Positions 30,390-40,850 of a stretch of DNA of 64,000 nt are shown here, piece by piece; position 1 is the stretch's first letter; the number at the start of each line of letters is the position of its first letter. The notes beneath the pieces were generated by a model. It was not told the origin of the DNA and ran no database searches. It saw only the letters and a list, made by a program, of their open reading frames with translations. A program made the position numbers and the translations under genes. Source of the stretch: Candidatus Methanorbis basalitermitum (GTDB lineage: Archaea; Halobacteriota; Methanomicrobia; Methanomicrobiales; Methanocorpusculaceae); assembly GCA_031287415.1 (NCBI GenBank), contig JAITSY010000026.1, positions 3,503 to 67,502 on the forward strand. Direction: 5' to 3'.

Positions 30390-32656
30390 CCGTTGTTCAA
30401 CCCTATAAAAAAGGGTACAAGGTCTATTTTTGTGATGATGCAAAGAGCGGCAGAATAAAACACGTCGGTACCGTTGAGCTTGAGGAGACCAGCAAAGGTA
30501 TCCGGCCTTCGGAGTTTTTCGTCCGGAGGCCTGGGGCCTCCCACGCACAAAAGACACCGACCAAAGAATTCATCACGGTGCTTCGGGCAAACGGCGTGGT
30601 TCAGCTCACCGAAACACTGCCGGCATTTCAGGATTTTCTGCGGAGCATGCAGATTTCGTGGGAGAAGATTATCCTCTGCCGCACCTGTATGTTTGACGAC
30701 CGGTTGACTCCAATGACCGAAGTGACCCGCATCAAGTACGGACAAGAGTATGTCTGTCTTGACTGCGCAAAGCGCGAACTCCGCCGTGAACTTGCCCACA
30801 TCAAACGGCCCGGCAGGCGGACCCAGATGCACATCGAGGGCCTCCTTGAGGAGTACCGCGACCTTGACATGGTGCTTGCGATTCTCCAGCCGGAGTCACT
30901 TGATACCAAAAAAACGATGTTCGACCGGCTCGATGCCCATGAGCAGACACCGACGGAACGACTCGAAAACCTGCCGCTTCCCCGTGAATTCATCGATGTC
31001 TGCGGAATTGAGACTCTCATGCCTGCACAGCAGTGTGCGGTTGAAGCAGGACTTCTGTTCGGAAAAGATCTTCTCGTGGTTGCCGCAACCGCATCCGGAA
31101 AGACCTTCATCGGTGAGATGGCAGGACTCAAAAACTATCTTGAAAAGCGGGGACGCATGTTCTTTTTGGTACCGCTCGTTGCTCTGGCAAATCAGAAGTA
31201 TGATCGCTTTTCTAAGAAATACGAAGGGCTTGCCACAACCTCGGTAATGACCGGGATTTCCCGTGTCAATCTGCCGGAAACTCGGCCAGTCGGCAACCGG
31301 GGTTCGAGTGGCGGTATTGTAGTAGGAACGTATGAAGGAGTTGACAACCTTCTCCGAAAGGGTACGGGCCTGCACAACATCGGGACTGTTGTCATCGACG
31401 AGGTGCAGATGCTCGAATATCCCGAACGCGGCCATCGACTTGATGGCCTCATCGCCAGACTAAAGTATATCGCCCCCAAAGCCCAGTTCCTCTATCTCTC
31501 TGCAACGATCGGGTCACCGCATCTACTAGCCAAAAAACTCGAGGCAACGCTGGTCTCGTATGCGGATCGCCCCGTTGCGCTTGAGCGGCACCTCATCTTC
31601 ACGGAAAAGGACGCGAAGGTCCCCTACATCAAAAAACTGGTCTTTGAGGAGTACAACAAGATTTCATCGAAGGGCTATCGCGGTCAGAGCATTATTTTCA
31701 CGAATGCTCGCAGCCGCTGCCACACCGTGGCGGATGCGATTGGAAAACAGGCAATGCCGTACCATGCGGGTCTTACCTCACATGAGCGACGGGCTGTTGA
31801 GAAGCAGTTTGAGGGGGGAAAACTTGCCTGCGTTGTCACGACCGCGGCTCTTGCGGCAGGTGTTGATTTTCCGGCATCACAGGTGATCTTTGATGCTCTT
31901 GCGATGGGGATTACCTGGCTAACCGTGCAGGAGTTCCATCAGATGATGGGACGTGCCGGCCGCCCAGATTTCCATGATCTTGGCCGTGTGGTAATCCTCG
32001 CTGAGCCAGGCGCCTCATATTCGCGTGATACAAAACTTACCGAGGAGGAGGTTGCCATCCGTCTGCTGAAGGGTGACGTGGAGGAGGTTGCTCCGATGTA
32101 TGAGATTGAGGAGACCTCTGAAGAGTTCGCTGCAAACGCGGTGATTTGCCGGGGTAGTGCGGCGGACATTGTGAAAACCGGTGCGATGATGGTTGGTTGC
32201 GGCGAGGATCCGCTGCCGGATCTTCTGTGGCATAAGCTCATCCGCAAGAGCGGTGGAGTTCTTGAGCTTTCTCCTCTCGGCCACGTGATGGCCGAGCAGT
32301 TCATCGGCATAGAAAAACTGCTGGAAATCGACCGGCTGGTCCGGGTGATGGATGATCCGTTAGAACTGATCGCCGAGATCGAATGTTCCGGAGAGGAACG
32401 TGACAAGGAAAAACGGCGTACCGGCCGAAAATCTGCAGAAAAGGAAGAATCGGACTGGATGGCCGGAAAGAAATCAGCCAAAATGAAGCCGCGAAGTGAC
32501 GCACCCCTTGCAAGGGTAATTGAGAGAGAAGCAGCCACTACAACAAAGAAACACGAACACAATCGGAAGGGGCAATCCAGCAAGAGCGACACGAAGAGGA
32601 AACTCCTGCATGGACACAAAGAAACCGCTGCAGATGCAAAAGCTGCACGCCTCTGA
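30383..32656 (+). CDS. Ski2-like DEAD/DEAH helicase (ASH-Ski2 type)
   Basis: N-terminal CxxC/CxxC, ATASGKT, DEVQ, SAT, QMMGRAGRP. Confidence 0.88.
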   Translation: MVTVVQPYKKGYKVYFCDDAKSGRIKHVGTVELEETSKGIRPSEFFVRRPGASHAQKTPTKEFITVLRANGVVQLTETLPAFQDFLRSMQISWEKIILCRTCMFDDRLTPMTEVTRIKYGQEYVCLDCAKRELRRELAHIKRPGRRTQMHIEGLLEEYRDLDMVLAILQPESLDTKKTMFDRLDAHEQTPTERLENLPLPREFIDVCGIETLMPAQQCAVEAGLLFGKDLLVVAATASGKTFIGEMAGLKNYLEKRGRMFFLVPLVALANQKYDRFSKKYEGLATTSVMTGISRVNLPETRPVGNRGSSGGIVVGTYEGVDNLLRKGTGLHNIGTVVIDEVQMLEYPERGHRLDGLIARLKYIAPKAQFLYLSATIGSPHLLAKKLEATLVSYADRPVALERHLIFTEKDAKVPYIKKLVFEEYNKISSKGYRGQSIIFTNARSRCHTVADAIGKQAMPYHAGLTSHERRAVEKQFEGGKLACVVTTAALAAGVDFPASQVIFDALAMGITWLTVQEFHQMMGRAGRPDFHDLGRVVILAEPGASYSRDTKLTEEEVAIRLLKGDVEEVAPMYEIEETSEEFAANAVICRGSAADIVKTGAMMVGCGEDPLPDLLWHKLIRKSGGVLELSPLGHVMAEQFIGIEKLLEIDRLVRVMDDPLELIAEIECSGEERDKEKRRTGRKSAEKEESDWMAGKKSAKMKPRSDAPLARVIEREAATTTKKHEHNRKGQSSKSDTKRKLLHGHKETAADAKAARL

Positions 32657-32738
32657 TAGGGATTACACCAGCACATCTGCGCAAGCTGCAAGCAAGAGGC
32701 ACTTGGCCTTGCGTCGTCAGCGGCGTGCACGTGCAACT
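32641..32738 (+). repeat. Repeat family B copy overlapping the helicase stop codon
   Basis: agctgcacgcctcTGAtagggattacaccagcacatctgcgcaag...gtgcaact. Confidence 0.88.
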
Positions 32739-33073
32739 GTACTGCGCTGTACAGACGCGTTGAAGGAAATAGTTGTGCGCAAAAAACGAGAAGCTGCCTC
32801 TTATATCCCTGTGCCCAAACGAAGGATGAACGATGAACGGGATGCAGCTGAGGCCGGCTTGGCAAGGATTATCTTCTTCGCGGGCGATCGTGCTACCAGC
32901 AGTACACAGTCTGCCCATGGCGCCTGCCATGCTCTCTCCTTCCTGTTTCCAAAACCAGGGAGTTGGCGTCCTGCGTAGACGACAATGTCAGCAGCTTTGC
33001 GGGTGTTGTGCACCAAATGGGTTAGCGGCCGCGCATCACAACCTTTTTTTTGTTTGGTTTCCCTAACTTTAAT

Positions 33074-33835
33074 ATGCGAATATGCTGCGCCCAAATTACC
33101 CAAATGTGGAATGACGTGAGGACTGCATTTGTACTGGCCGAGGAGGCCGTGTTACGCGCGGTGAGTGCTGATGCAGAGCTGGTGGTATTTTCGGAGCAGT
33201 ATGCAACTGGCTGGAGGGTTAATGGATGCATATCGGAAAAGGTAACGGGCACAGAGGTGAAGGAGCAGTGGCTTTCCCTCGCCCGTGAACATGGAGTTGC
33301 TGTTGTTGGTTCGTATATGCGAGAACTGCCTCATGGCCTGCCGCAGAATGCTATGCTTGTGGCAGGGCCGGACGGCGAAGTGATTACCGAGTATGCAAAG
33401 ATCCATCTGTTTGCCCCGGGCGGGGAGAAGAAGCGGTACACACCAGGCGATATGCCTGTGAGTTTTTCATACAAGGGTGTGACATTTGGATGTGCGATCT
33501 GTTTTGATCTGCTGTTCCCAGAACTGTTCCGCGATTACCTACGATCAGGGTGTGAATGTATGCTGGTGCAGGCAGCATGGCCTGCGGCACGGGTTGCAGA
33601 CTGGGAGCTGCTACTTCGCGTACGGGCACTGGAGAATCGAGGGTATGTGGTTGCAGCGGGATGCCTTGGATATGATTCCATCTCCGAGACGGAGTATTCG
33701 GGGCGCGGGGTCGTTTGCGATCCAGAGGGGAGGATTGTGGCGGATGCAGGGGGGTTTGTGGGAGGGTGCTGTGCTGAGGTTGATGGGGAGGCAGTGCGGG
33801 AGCTGCGGGAGAGGTGGGGGATATGGCCGGAGTAA
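33074..33835 (+). CDS. Nitrilase/carbon-nitrogen hydrolase
   Basis: VFSEQY, YAKIHLF, AICFDL.FPE (E-K-C triad), RALEN. Confidence 0.88.
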   Translation: MRICCAQITQMWNDVRTAFVLAEEAVLRAVSADAELVVFSEQYATGWRVNGCISEKVTGTEVKEQWLSLAREHGVAVVGSYMRELPHGLPQNAMLVAGPDGEVITEYAKIHLFAPGGEKKRYTPGDMPVSFSYKGVTFGCAICFDLLFPELFRDYLRSGCECMLVQAAWPAARVADWELLLRVRALENRGYVVAAGCLGYDSISETEYSGRGVVCDPEGRIVADAGGFVGGCCAEVDGEAVRELRERWGIWPE

Positions 33836-33868
33836 TGCTGTATCACATTATGAAAAGTGCGAGAATCA

Positions 33869-35077
33869 ATGCCTGCTGACAATATTAGTACCATCCTCAT
33901 TGTAAGTGCCCATTTTTATCCTGTGATAGGAGGGACGCCTACACATACACATTATCTCTGTACAGCTCTTTCCGAGTTGGGGAAAGACGTACATCTGATT
34001 ACTGCAGGCGGTGATGCCCCGATTACCGATGAGGGTGCAGAGCATGACGCACATCTGCGTTATACACTGCATCGTATCCCTACCAACGGCAAGTACAAAC
34101 AGGATATCTCCTTTCTTTGGCGTATCCGAAAAGAACTTCCAACATATATTGCTCAGCTGCATCCTGATATTGTGAATGTCTCTACCGGTAACTTTGTGCC
34201 GCTGGTATTGAGATTTGCTGCTGTAGATGATGTTCCTATTGTATATACAGTACATAATGTTCCACCTGAAGAACATCCCTTCAGACACTCATTTGGCACT
34301 GATACCGTAACATCTGTCATTCGGAGGGTGTACTTTTCGGGGATAGGTATACTTGCAAGGCTGACTGTGAGATTTGGTAAGTACTGTTCTCTGATTTGTG
34401 TGAGTGAAAATACTAAGCGTAAGCTTATTCTTATGGGTGCCAACTCCAAAAAAATCCATGTTGTGGGCAATGGCATCTCCGTTCCGTCAAATGTGTATGA
34501 AAATGACAGGGCATTTGGTACTGGAACGGTAAACATTCTAACCGTCGCCGGAGTCATTGAACATAAGGGGCAGCTGGATATGGTCTATGCTATGAAGAAC
34601 ATTGCTTCAGAGATCCCGTCTGCCAAATATTATATCGTAGGTCCCATCCGTTCAGTGGGATATCGAGATCGTATTATTTCAGCTGCAAAGGAGCTGGGTA
34701 TTGAAGGTTCTGTAATTATCACTGGTGAAGTTACCAGTGAAGAATTGGAAAAATACTATCATTCTTGTGATATCTACGTTCAACCCTCATATCAGGAGGG
34801 TTTCTGCATTGCTATTCTGGATGCAATGATCCGGGGCAAACCTGTTATCGGGACAGATGTTGGTGAAATCGCGAAGTTTGTTGCGGATGGGCGCGGCATT
34901 CTTCTAAAGCAGCCGAGTGTGCAGGATATCTCCTCGGCTGTATTGCGGTATGTCCGCGATCCAGGGTTCCGCGTTTCATCAAGCTTGATGAGCAAAAATT
35001 TCGTGGAAAAACATTACAGCTGGAAAAAAATCGGTGCTGACACATTGAACGTGTATGCTGCAGCAAAAAATCGGTAG
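33869..35077 (+). CDS. GT4 family glycosyltransferase
   Basis: FYPVIGG, HKG, PSYQEGFCIAILDAM, PVIGTDVG. Confidence 0.9.
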   Translation: MPADNISTILIVSAHFYPVIGGTPTHTHYLCTALSELGKDVHLITAGGDAPITDEGAEHDAHLRYTLHRIPTNGKYKQDISFLWRIRKELPTYIAQLHPDIVNVSTGNFVPLVLRFAAVDDVPIVYTVHNVPPEEHPFRHSFGTDTVTSVIRRVYFSGIGILARLTVRFGKYCSLICVSENTKRKLILMGANSKKIHVVGNGISVPSNVYENDRAFGTGTVNILTVAGVIEHKGQLDMVYAMKNIASEIPSAKYYIVGPIRSVGYRDRIISAAKELGIEGSVIITGEVTSEELEKYYHSCDIYVQPSYQEGFCIAILDAMIRGKPVIGTDVGEIAKFVADGRGILLKQPSVQDISSAVLRYVRDPGFRVSSSLMSKNFVEKHYSWKKIGADTLNVYAAAKNR

Positions 35078-35078
35078 T

Positions 35079-36434
35079 TTAGTGTTTTCGTGCGAAGTCA
35101 TCGTCAATTCTTACGATGTCGTCTTCGGTCAAATATTCTCCATCCTGTATTTCGATTACCTCCAGAGGGATTAATCCAGGGTTTGATAACCGATGCTTTA
35201 TTCCTTGTGGGATGAAGGTACTTTCTCCATTACGTACAAAGAAGGTAGCATCTTCATTTGTAACCTGTGCTGTTCCGCTTACGACCACCCAATGTTCATT
35301 TCTGTGATGGTGATACTGCAGTGAGAGACGGCTTTTTGGGTTGATGGTGAGACGCTTGATCAGGTAGGTTGTCCCACGCAGAAGAATCGTATATTGTCCC
35401 CAAGGCCGGTGAACAGCAGCGTGTGCGTTTGCACGTTCGTCTCCCGCTTTTTGAAGAAGAGAGGTTAGTTTTCCTACATATTGGGACTGATTTCTCGGGC
35501 AGACCAAAAGGCAGTCGGGAGTGTCAATGATTGCGGTATCTGACAGGCCGATTGTTGCAACAAGACGATCAGAGATGATGAGATTATTTTGTCCGTCGAG
35601 GGTAAGATACTCTCCATGGACAACGTTTCCCAATTTGTCTTTTTCGTTTACTGAGTAGAGCGCATCAAAGTTACCTACGTCGTTCCACTCTACTGCTAAC
35701 GGGACAACGACAGCTCTTTTCGTTTTTTCCATGATGCCATAATCGATGGAGATTTTGGGTGTCTGTTCGTATGATTCCGGGATTGGGCGGCTGAAGGATT
35801 TTGCCACATCTGGAGCGCATTTTTGCAGTTCCTCCATGAAAATGTCTGCTGTAAAACAGTACATCCCCGAGTTCCAGAGATATCCTTCTCTTACGTATTT
35901 TTTTGCCAGAGACAGACTCGGTTTTTCCGCAAAGGTATCTATCAGGCACCCATTCCCGCATGGTGTTCCTGGCAGAATATATCCATATCCTATCTGGGGT
36001 GACAGGGGGGGTACGCCGAATGCGACCAGATGATCTTTCGCGAGGTTTTTCGCTGCTTGAATTGCATTTTTGTAGGTCTCGTGGTCGTTAACCAGCTGAT
36101 CGGATGGGAGTACGAGTATTTTTGCAGTTGTGTTTATTTTCCGAATGCAGGTAACCGCATAGGTGATTGCAGGAAGCGTGTTTTTTTCGCAGGGTTCTAA
36201 AAGAATATGACCCCCAGCATCAATCTGGCTCAACTGATCCACAACAAGATACTGCTGGATCTCATTGGTGACGATGTAAATTTCCTCTGGTTGGGAAAAA
36301 ATGAGTGCACGTTTGATGGTTTTCTGGAAAAGAGACTCCTTATGAAATAATGGAAGAAATTGTTTCGGATAGGTGGTTCTGCTAAGGGGAAAGAGGCGGG
36401 TCCCAGAACCTCCGGCAAGGATTATAGTGTACAT
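35079..36434 (-). CDS. manC: Mannose-1-phosphate guanylyltransferase/mannose-6-phosphate isomerase
   Basis: ILAGGSGTRLFPLSR..YPKQF, WNSG, SIDYGIME, RPWG, SLQYHHHR.EHW. Confidence 0.94.
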   Translation of the reverse strand: MYTIILAGGSGTRLFPLSRTTYPKQFLPLFHKESLFQKTIKRALIFSQPEEIYIVTNEIQQYLVVDQLSQIDAGGHILLEPCEKNTLPAITYAVTCIRKINTTAKILVLPSDQLVNDHETYKNAIQAAKNLAKDHLVAFGVPPLSPQIGYGYILPGTPCGNGCLIDTFAEKPSLSLAKKYVREGYLWNSGMYCFTADIFMEELQKCAPDVAKSFSRPIPESYEQTPKISIDYGIMEKTKRAVVVPLAVEWNDVGNFDALYSVNEKDKLGNVVHGEYLTLDGQNNLIISDRLVATIGLSDTAIIDTPDCLLVCPRNQSQYVGKLTSLLQKAGDERANAHAAVHRPWGQYTILLRGTTYLIKRLTINPKSRLSLQYHHHRNEHWVVVSGTAQVTNEDATFFVRNGESTFIPQGIKHRLSNPGLIPLEVIEIQDGEYLTEDDIVRIDDDFARKH

Positions 36435-36448
36435 ATCTCACCTACATT

Positions 36449-37522
36449 TTATTTATCCAATGATAAGGGTTCTTTTTCCCATCCATCCTTCAGGATACAT
36501 TTGGATCTTTCTGGTCCTTGTTTATATTTTTTTGTTTTTAACCACCATCCTAATGCAAGTGGGTGATACTTCCTAAATCGTGGAAACAGTCCAAGTTTTC
36601 TTAGCCACGCAGATACTTTTAGACCATAGTAATATTTTGATCCGAATTGAACATGTTCAAGAAAATGCAGTTTATCGAGGATATGATTGGGTTCAATTGC
36701 GTCTGGGTGTATCAATATTTTTGGGGTTAGTGCCTTTGTTTCCCGAAATAATATCGTTGTATCTCCAAAACTATGGACTCCAAGAAGACCTATGTTAGAT
36801 ATGAGATTTGTGGATGGTACGATGCAAAGTCCGGCGTTTTTTGTCACTGCATATGTCCATTGTATCGCCCATACATCTGGTTTTTCCAGTTGATAGACTC
36901 TATCTAAATTGTACATCATATATTCCCGGTATTCGGGAACTGCATCGTAGTATGTATCATGCAAAACATGGAAGTAGTTTTGCGGCCAATCGGATATTGC
37001 AATATCAAACGATTCCCATGCCCGTTTCCACGTTGCCCACCCCCAAATCCATGCGCCGCGGGAAAAATGGTAACTCTCATTGTACCTGTCTGCACGTGAA
37101 TTTAAACTTTCACCAGAGATAAGCATAACCGGTGTGTTGTTACGATATTTTTGTAACATTTCTTTACAAAATACAAAAAAATCGGGATGGGGCAGGCAAT
37201 CATCCTCAAGGATGATCGCCTCGTCTTCTGTTTCAAATATCCATGAAATCGCCGAGCATATGGCCTTTCCACATCCTATATTTTTGTCTAAAAAATGGGT
37301 ATGCAGTTCACACTCCCAATCAATTTGTTTCACAATATCCCGTGTTTCCCGACACAGAATATCCTCCCCAACCCGTTCGGGGCGGGGTCCATCAGCTGAC
37401 ACATATAATTTTGCAGGCTTTCTTTGTTTTATTTGATCAAAGACTTGTTGTGCAGTATCTTGTCGATTGAATATGAGAAAAAGAATAGGTACGCTGAATT
37501 GTGCATCATTCACCGGTTTCAC
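36449..37522 (-). CDS. Nucleotide-diphospho-sugar transferase (GT-A fold)
   Basis: PILFLIFNR, ADGPR, NIGCG, IILEDD, WGWATWKRAW, NLISNIG; AT-rich. Confidence 0.85.
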   Translation of the reverse strand: MKPVNDAQFSVPILFLIFNRQDTAQQVFDQIKQRKPAKLYVSADGPRPERVGEDILCRETRDIVKQIDWECELHTHFLDKNIGCGKAICSAISWIFETEDEAIILEDDCLPHPDFFVFCKEMLQKYRNNTPVMLISGESLNSRADRYNESYHFSRGAWIWGWATWKRAWESFDIAISDWPQNYFHVLHDTYYDAVPEYREYMMYNLDRVYQLEKPDVWAIQWTYAVTKNAGLCIVPSTNLISNIGLLGVHSFGDTTILFRETKALTPKILIHPDAIEPNHILDKLHFLEHVQFGSKYYYGLKVSAWLRKLGLFPRFRKYHPLALGWWLKTKKYKQGPERSKCILKDGWEKEPLSLDK

Positions 37523-37713
37523 CTTGCTGCTCCCGGGTCCTCTGCTGAACCTCAGAGGGGAGACTCTATCCTATACGTTGCTTTCGTCCTATACATTACT
37601 CTTATGGGCCGGTCTGTTTTCCGGATCATTCGTCCCATCAACCCCGATCTGCGGTGTTGGCCATCGATGGTTTCGTTGCTTTGCTGGCTGTACCGGACGC
37701 AGTGTCCGGAACG

Positions 37714-38163
37714 TTAATCGTAGATATGGGGTTCGTCAATCTTCTCGTATGCGACGAGCTCACTTTTGGCAAAGTGGATACCGATTTCCCGATCTGCACT
37801 TGTGGGGGAGTCTGCTGCGTGGATGACATTCTTGCCGATTGAAAGAGCGTAGTCCCCGCGGACGGTACCGGGTGCGGCCTCTGCGGGGTTTGTTGCGCCG
37901 TTCATTTTGCGGACGGTGGCAACGACGTTCTCGCCCTCAAGCACGAATCGAAAAACGGGACCGGAGGTGATGTATGCCTTCATACCTGGGAAAAACGGCT
38001 TTGCCTGGTGTTCCTCATAGTGCTTGTCCACAATTGCTTCCGGAAGGATACCGAACTTTGCTGCAACGATCTTGAAGCCTTTCATCTCGAAACGGGAAAG
38101 AATCCCGCCTGCAAGACCCCGCTGGATGCCGTCCGGCTTGATCATAACAAAGGTGCGTTCCAT
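37714..38163 (-). CDS. ndk: Nucleoside diphosphate kinase
   Basis: MERTFVMIKPDG, GATNP, PGTVRGD, NVIHAADS. Confidence 0.97.
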   Translation of the reverse strand: MERTFVMIKPDGIQRGLAGGILSRFEMKGFKIVAAKFGILPEAIVDKHYEEHQAKPFFPGMKAYITSGPVFRFVLEGENVVATVRKMNGATNPAEAAPGTVRGDYALSIGKNVIHAADSPTSADREIGIHFAKSELVAYEKIDEPHIYD

Positions 38164-38167
38164 GGCT

Positions 38168-38359
38168 TTACTCCTTGCCGCGTGCCTTGCGACCGGCTGC
38201 TGTCCAAGCAACACGGCGCGGGATACGGCCGAGCTTGTAGCCGCTCTGGCATTTGGAGGAACAGAAGTAAAAAACTGCACCATCCTTTCTGACGAACAGC
38301 TTGCCTGTCCCGGGTTCAAGCTGTTTGCCACAGTAACTGCAGGTATAGATTTCGACCAT
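38168..38359 (-). CDS. rpl24e: 50S ribosomal protein L24e
   Basis: CSYCG..LEPGTG, FCSSKC, PRRVAWT. Confidence 0.97.
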   Translation of the reverse strand: MVEIYTCSYCGKQLEPGTGKLFVRKDGAVFYFCSSKCQSGYKLGRIPRRVAWTAAGRKARGKE

Positions 38360-38366
38360 TTCAAAT

Positions 38367-38576
38367 TCACCGTCTTGAGAGCTTCTTTGCTTCGCGTTCT
38401 GTTTCAAGGAGCATCAGAATGTCACCCTCGCGAATTGGACCAACGGTGTTGCGGGTGATAATCCGCCCCTTGTTCGGGCCATCAAGTACACGGCACTTGA
38501 TCTGGGCTGCCTCTCCGTGCATACCAGTACGGTTGACGACTTCAATGATTTCTGCTGGCGTTGCATCATCAAGCAT
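38367..38576 (-). CDS. rps28e: 30S ribosomal protein S28e
   Basis: [24 protein letters not shown]. Confidence 0.97.
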   Translation of the reverse strand: MLDDATPAEIIEVVNRTGMHGEAAQIKCRVLDGPNKGRIITRNTVGPIREGDILMLLETEREAKKLSRR

Positions 38577-38580
38577 GTAT

Positions 38581-38949
38581 TTATCCTCTGAGTGCTTTAA
38601 CCTGGTTTACAAGGGTCTCCACGATTTCCTTGCCCTTGCCTGTTTTTACAATTGCAACCGCGGTACAGCCGACATCAATGCCGCACGCAGCGCCGATGTC
38701 TGCCTGCTTATTGATAAAAACGAACGGGATCTTTTTTTCGTCTGCAAGTCCAGGGATGTGCATAACGATCTCTTCGGGTGTAACATCAGCACCAATGAGG
38801 ACAAGGGCTGCGGTTCCGTGCTCGACAGCTTTTGTTGCCTCGTTGGCGCCTTTCTTAATCTTTCCTGTTTCGCGTGCAAGCTCAAGAGCTTCAAGTGCTT
38901 TGTTCTGAAGTTCTTCTGGGATTTCAAACATCTGGTAAATCTTTGCCAT
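38581..38949 (-). CDS. rpl7ae: 50S ribosomal protein L7Ae
   Basis: [21 protein letters not shown]. Confidence 0.97.
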   Translation of the reverse strand: MAKIYQMFEIPEELQNKALEALELARETGKIKKGANEATKAVEHGTAALVLIGADVTPEEIVMHIPGLADEKKIPFVFINKQADIGAACGIDVGCTAVAIVKTGKGKEIVETLVNQVKALRG

Positions 38950-38985
38950 AATGACTCACTTCACTCGGGACAGTTTTAAGACCAT

Positions 38986-39005
38986 CCGTCATCGCTCATC
39001 AGCGG
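38986..39005 (-). promoter_or_regulatory. Putative K-turn/K-loop L7Ae autoregulatory site in the rpl7ae 5' UTR
   Basis: Minus strand ccg-CTGATGA-gcg-ATGA-cgg, about 37 nt upstream of the ATG. Confidence 0.65.
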
Positions 39006-39114
39006 CGCTGTTGGTAAAAGTAACAGACCGTTGCTGGCGTAACGATATATATGGCGTGACTCCGGCATAAAGGTTTTGAAAAAACCACGTTAGCTGCTCC
39101 GACAGTGAAATACT

Positions 39115-39399
39115 CACGTTGTCTTAGGAGAGCTGGCTACCCGGGAAACTAGCCGAGATTCCATGTGTCTGTGTCCCAATTGTGACGCTAAACTGAAAAA
39201 CAGCACCAATAATGTTGCACGCGAAGCCCTCACCCAAATTGACGGAGACGATCAGACCACCTCCCCAGAAATAGCCATAAAATCCAGGTGCGCAATGAAT
39301 TCCATGGGCTCACCTATTTTACAAAGACACCATGCCCAGCTCAAAGCAGCAATGAAGACCTTTGAGGGGGAACATGGATTGGAGGAGCAAACTCCCTGA
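39115..39399 (+). pseudogene. HNH-like C-terminal gene remnant
   Basis: MCLCPNCDAKLK resembles the LCPNCH HNH signature; no upstream body. Confidence 0.4.
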
Positions 39400-39518
39400 C
39401 TCTCCACCCTTTTCATCTCGCTGATTCTATTGATGTGACGACTGATTTTCTGTCTCGCATCAACAAGCTCCGACTTGCGGCCGTAGAAGTCTTAGAAGGC
39501 AACTAAGTACACCATGAT

Positions 39519-39586
39519 TATGTGAAGATACCCGTGATGTTCCCATGTGTATGTGAAGATACCCGTGATGTTCCCATGTGTATGTG
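39519..39586. repeat. Perfect 31-bp tandem duplication
   Basis: tatgtgaagatacccgtgatgttcccatgtg twice, then tatgtg. Confidence 0.95.
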
Positions 39587-39874
39587 GGAGCGGTATATGG
39601 AGAACCATTTACCCATTCACATCTGTTTTATCGGCAGGTTCGGCGAAAAAAGAGGTTGTGCCGGCTGCCTGGCGGATGCCTCGGGCCATGCACACGAAAT
39701 AATCGGCTGCCTATTACCCCACCACACCAGATTGACCGGGGTCATCGCGTTCTCACGGCCTAAGTTCGCGGGAGATATTCGGAGTGCTCACTGAATGTTG
39801 TGCCGGTGTGGTACAGCATTGAAAGCCCGCACACGGAAAACCCATTTGCTCTCCCTGTCAACAGTTATAGTACC

Positions 39875-40282
39875 ATGCCGCTCTCAGCCCAGACCAAAAC
39901 CCAGATTACCAATCTCCTACTTGCGTACCAGACTGCCTACAACCGTCACGACCCAGAAGCCCTCGCAAAAAACCTTGCAACAGACATCATCATGTACGGC
40001 TGCCGCACTGGCGAGTTCATCTCAGGCCGCGAGAACTTCATCACCATGGTGACAAAAAATATCTCCCGTTACAAAATCGACGGCATCCTGCTTGGTGAAC
40101 CGGAGATCAAAGGCGATGGCATCGTCGCCTGGATTTCAGCTGAATGCATCCTCCTAAGTACATCTGGCAGCGGTGCGGTGCATGAAACACCCTCCCGTTT
40201 CACCGCCGTCCTCCGAGGCACCGGCCATGCATGGGAGTTCGTCCAGATCCATATGTCGCTCGGCTATCCGTACCATGAATAG
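39875..40282 (+). CDS. NTF2/SnoaL-like protein
   Basis: AYNRHD, GDGIVAW, RFTAVL...WEFVQIHMS. Confidence 0.85.
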   Translation: MPLSAQTKTQITNLLLAYQTAYNRHDPEALAKNLATDIIMYGCRTGEFISGRENFITMVTKNISRYKIDGILLGEPEIKGDGIVAWISAECILLSTSGSGAVHETPSRFTAVLRGTGHAWEFVQIHMSLGYPYHE

Positions 40283-40434
40283 ATCTGTCTGGTGCAGACA
40301 TGATACCTTTTCCTGCCGGTGCCGTCTGCATTTCCTGCCACTGAACCGCTCTTCTCGCCATGTTGCATTTAGTTGACAATATTTATATTCGAGAATGGCT
40401 TATATATCAGAGTACATAAGTGCAAAACACCCAG

Positions 40435-40508
40435 GGACTCGTGGTCTAGTAGGCTATGACGTCGCCTTGACATGGCGGAGATCAAGGGTTCGACTCCCTT
40501 CGGGTCCA
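40435..40508 (+). tRNA. tRNA-Val(GAC)
   Basis: ggactcg/cgggtcc acceptor, tcgcc-ttGACat-ggcgg, gttcgac; TATA-like ttatatat upstream. Confidence 0.94.
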
Positions 40509-40532
40509 TTTTATAGCTATTTTTTGAAATGA

Positions 40533-40598
40533 AGTTGCATGACAGCGAAACCCACGGCCCTGGAATGCACTGTACACCAATTTCAGAGGCGTGTAGCT
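40533..40598 (-). repeat. Repeat family B copy downstream of tRNA-Val
   Basis: Reverse complement agctacacgcctctga...tttcgctgtcatgcaact. Confidence 0.75.
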
Positions 40599-40850
40599 AT
40601 TGAAAACAGGACCGCTAAGATTCGGATCCGTGATGACCCGTTGGAACCTCCGCCATTCAAGAAAGATGGACCCTGCAGCGACGCTGCCTGGCATCGTAGA
40701 GCAGCTTCTTCGGCAACGTACCGCACGCTGCCTGCGGCTGGCATTGGATCTGCCGAAATATGCATTCTTCGGGGGAAGGGCTAATATCTCGAAGAAAATT
40801 GGCAAAGGAATATATACATCAACTGCTGATGCCAATATCACCTATCACAT

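Noticed and set aside
39519-39586. 31-bp repeat as a mini CRISPR array
   Set aside because: Units are directly adjacent with no spacer; a simple tandem duplication
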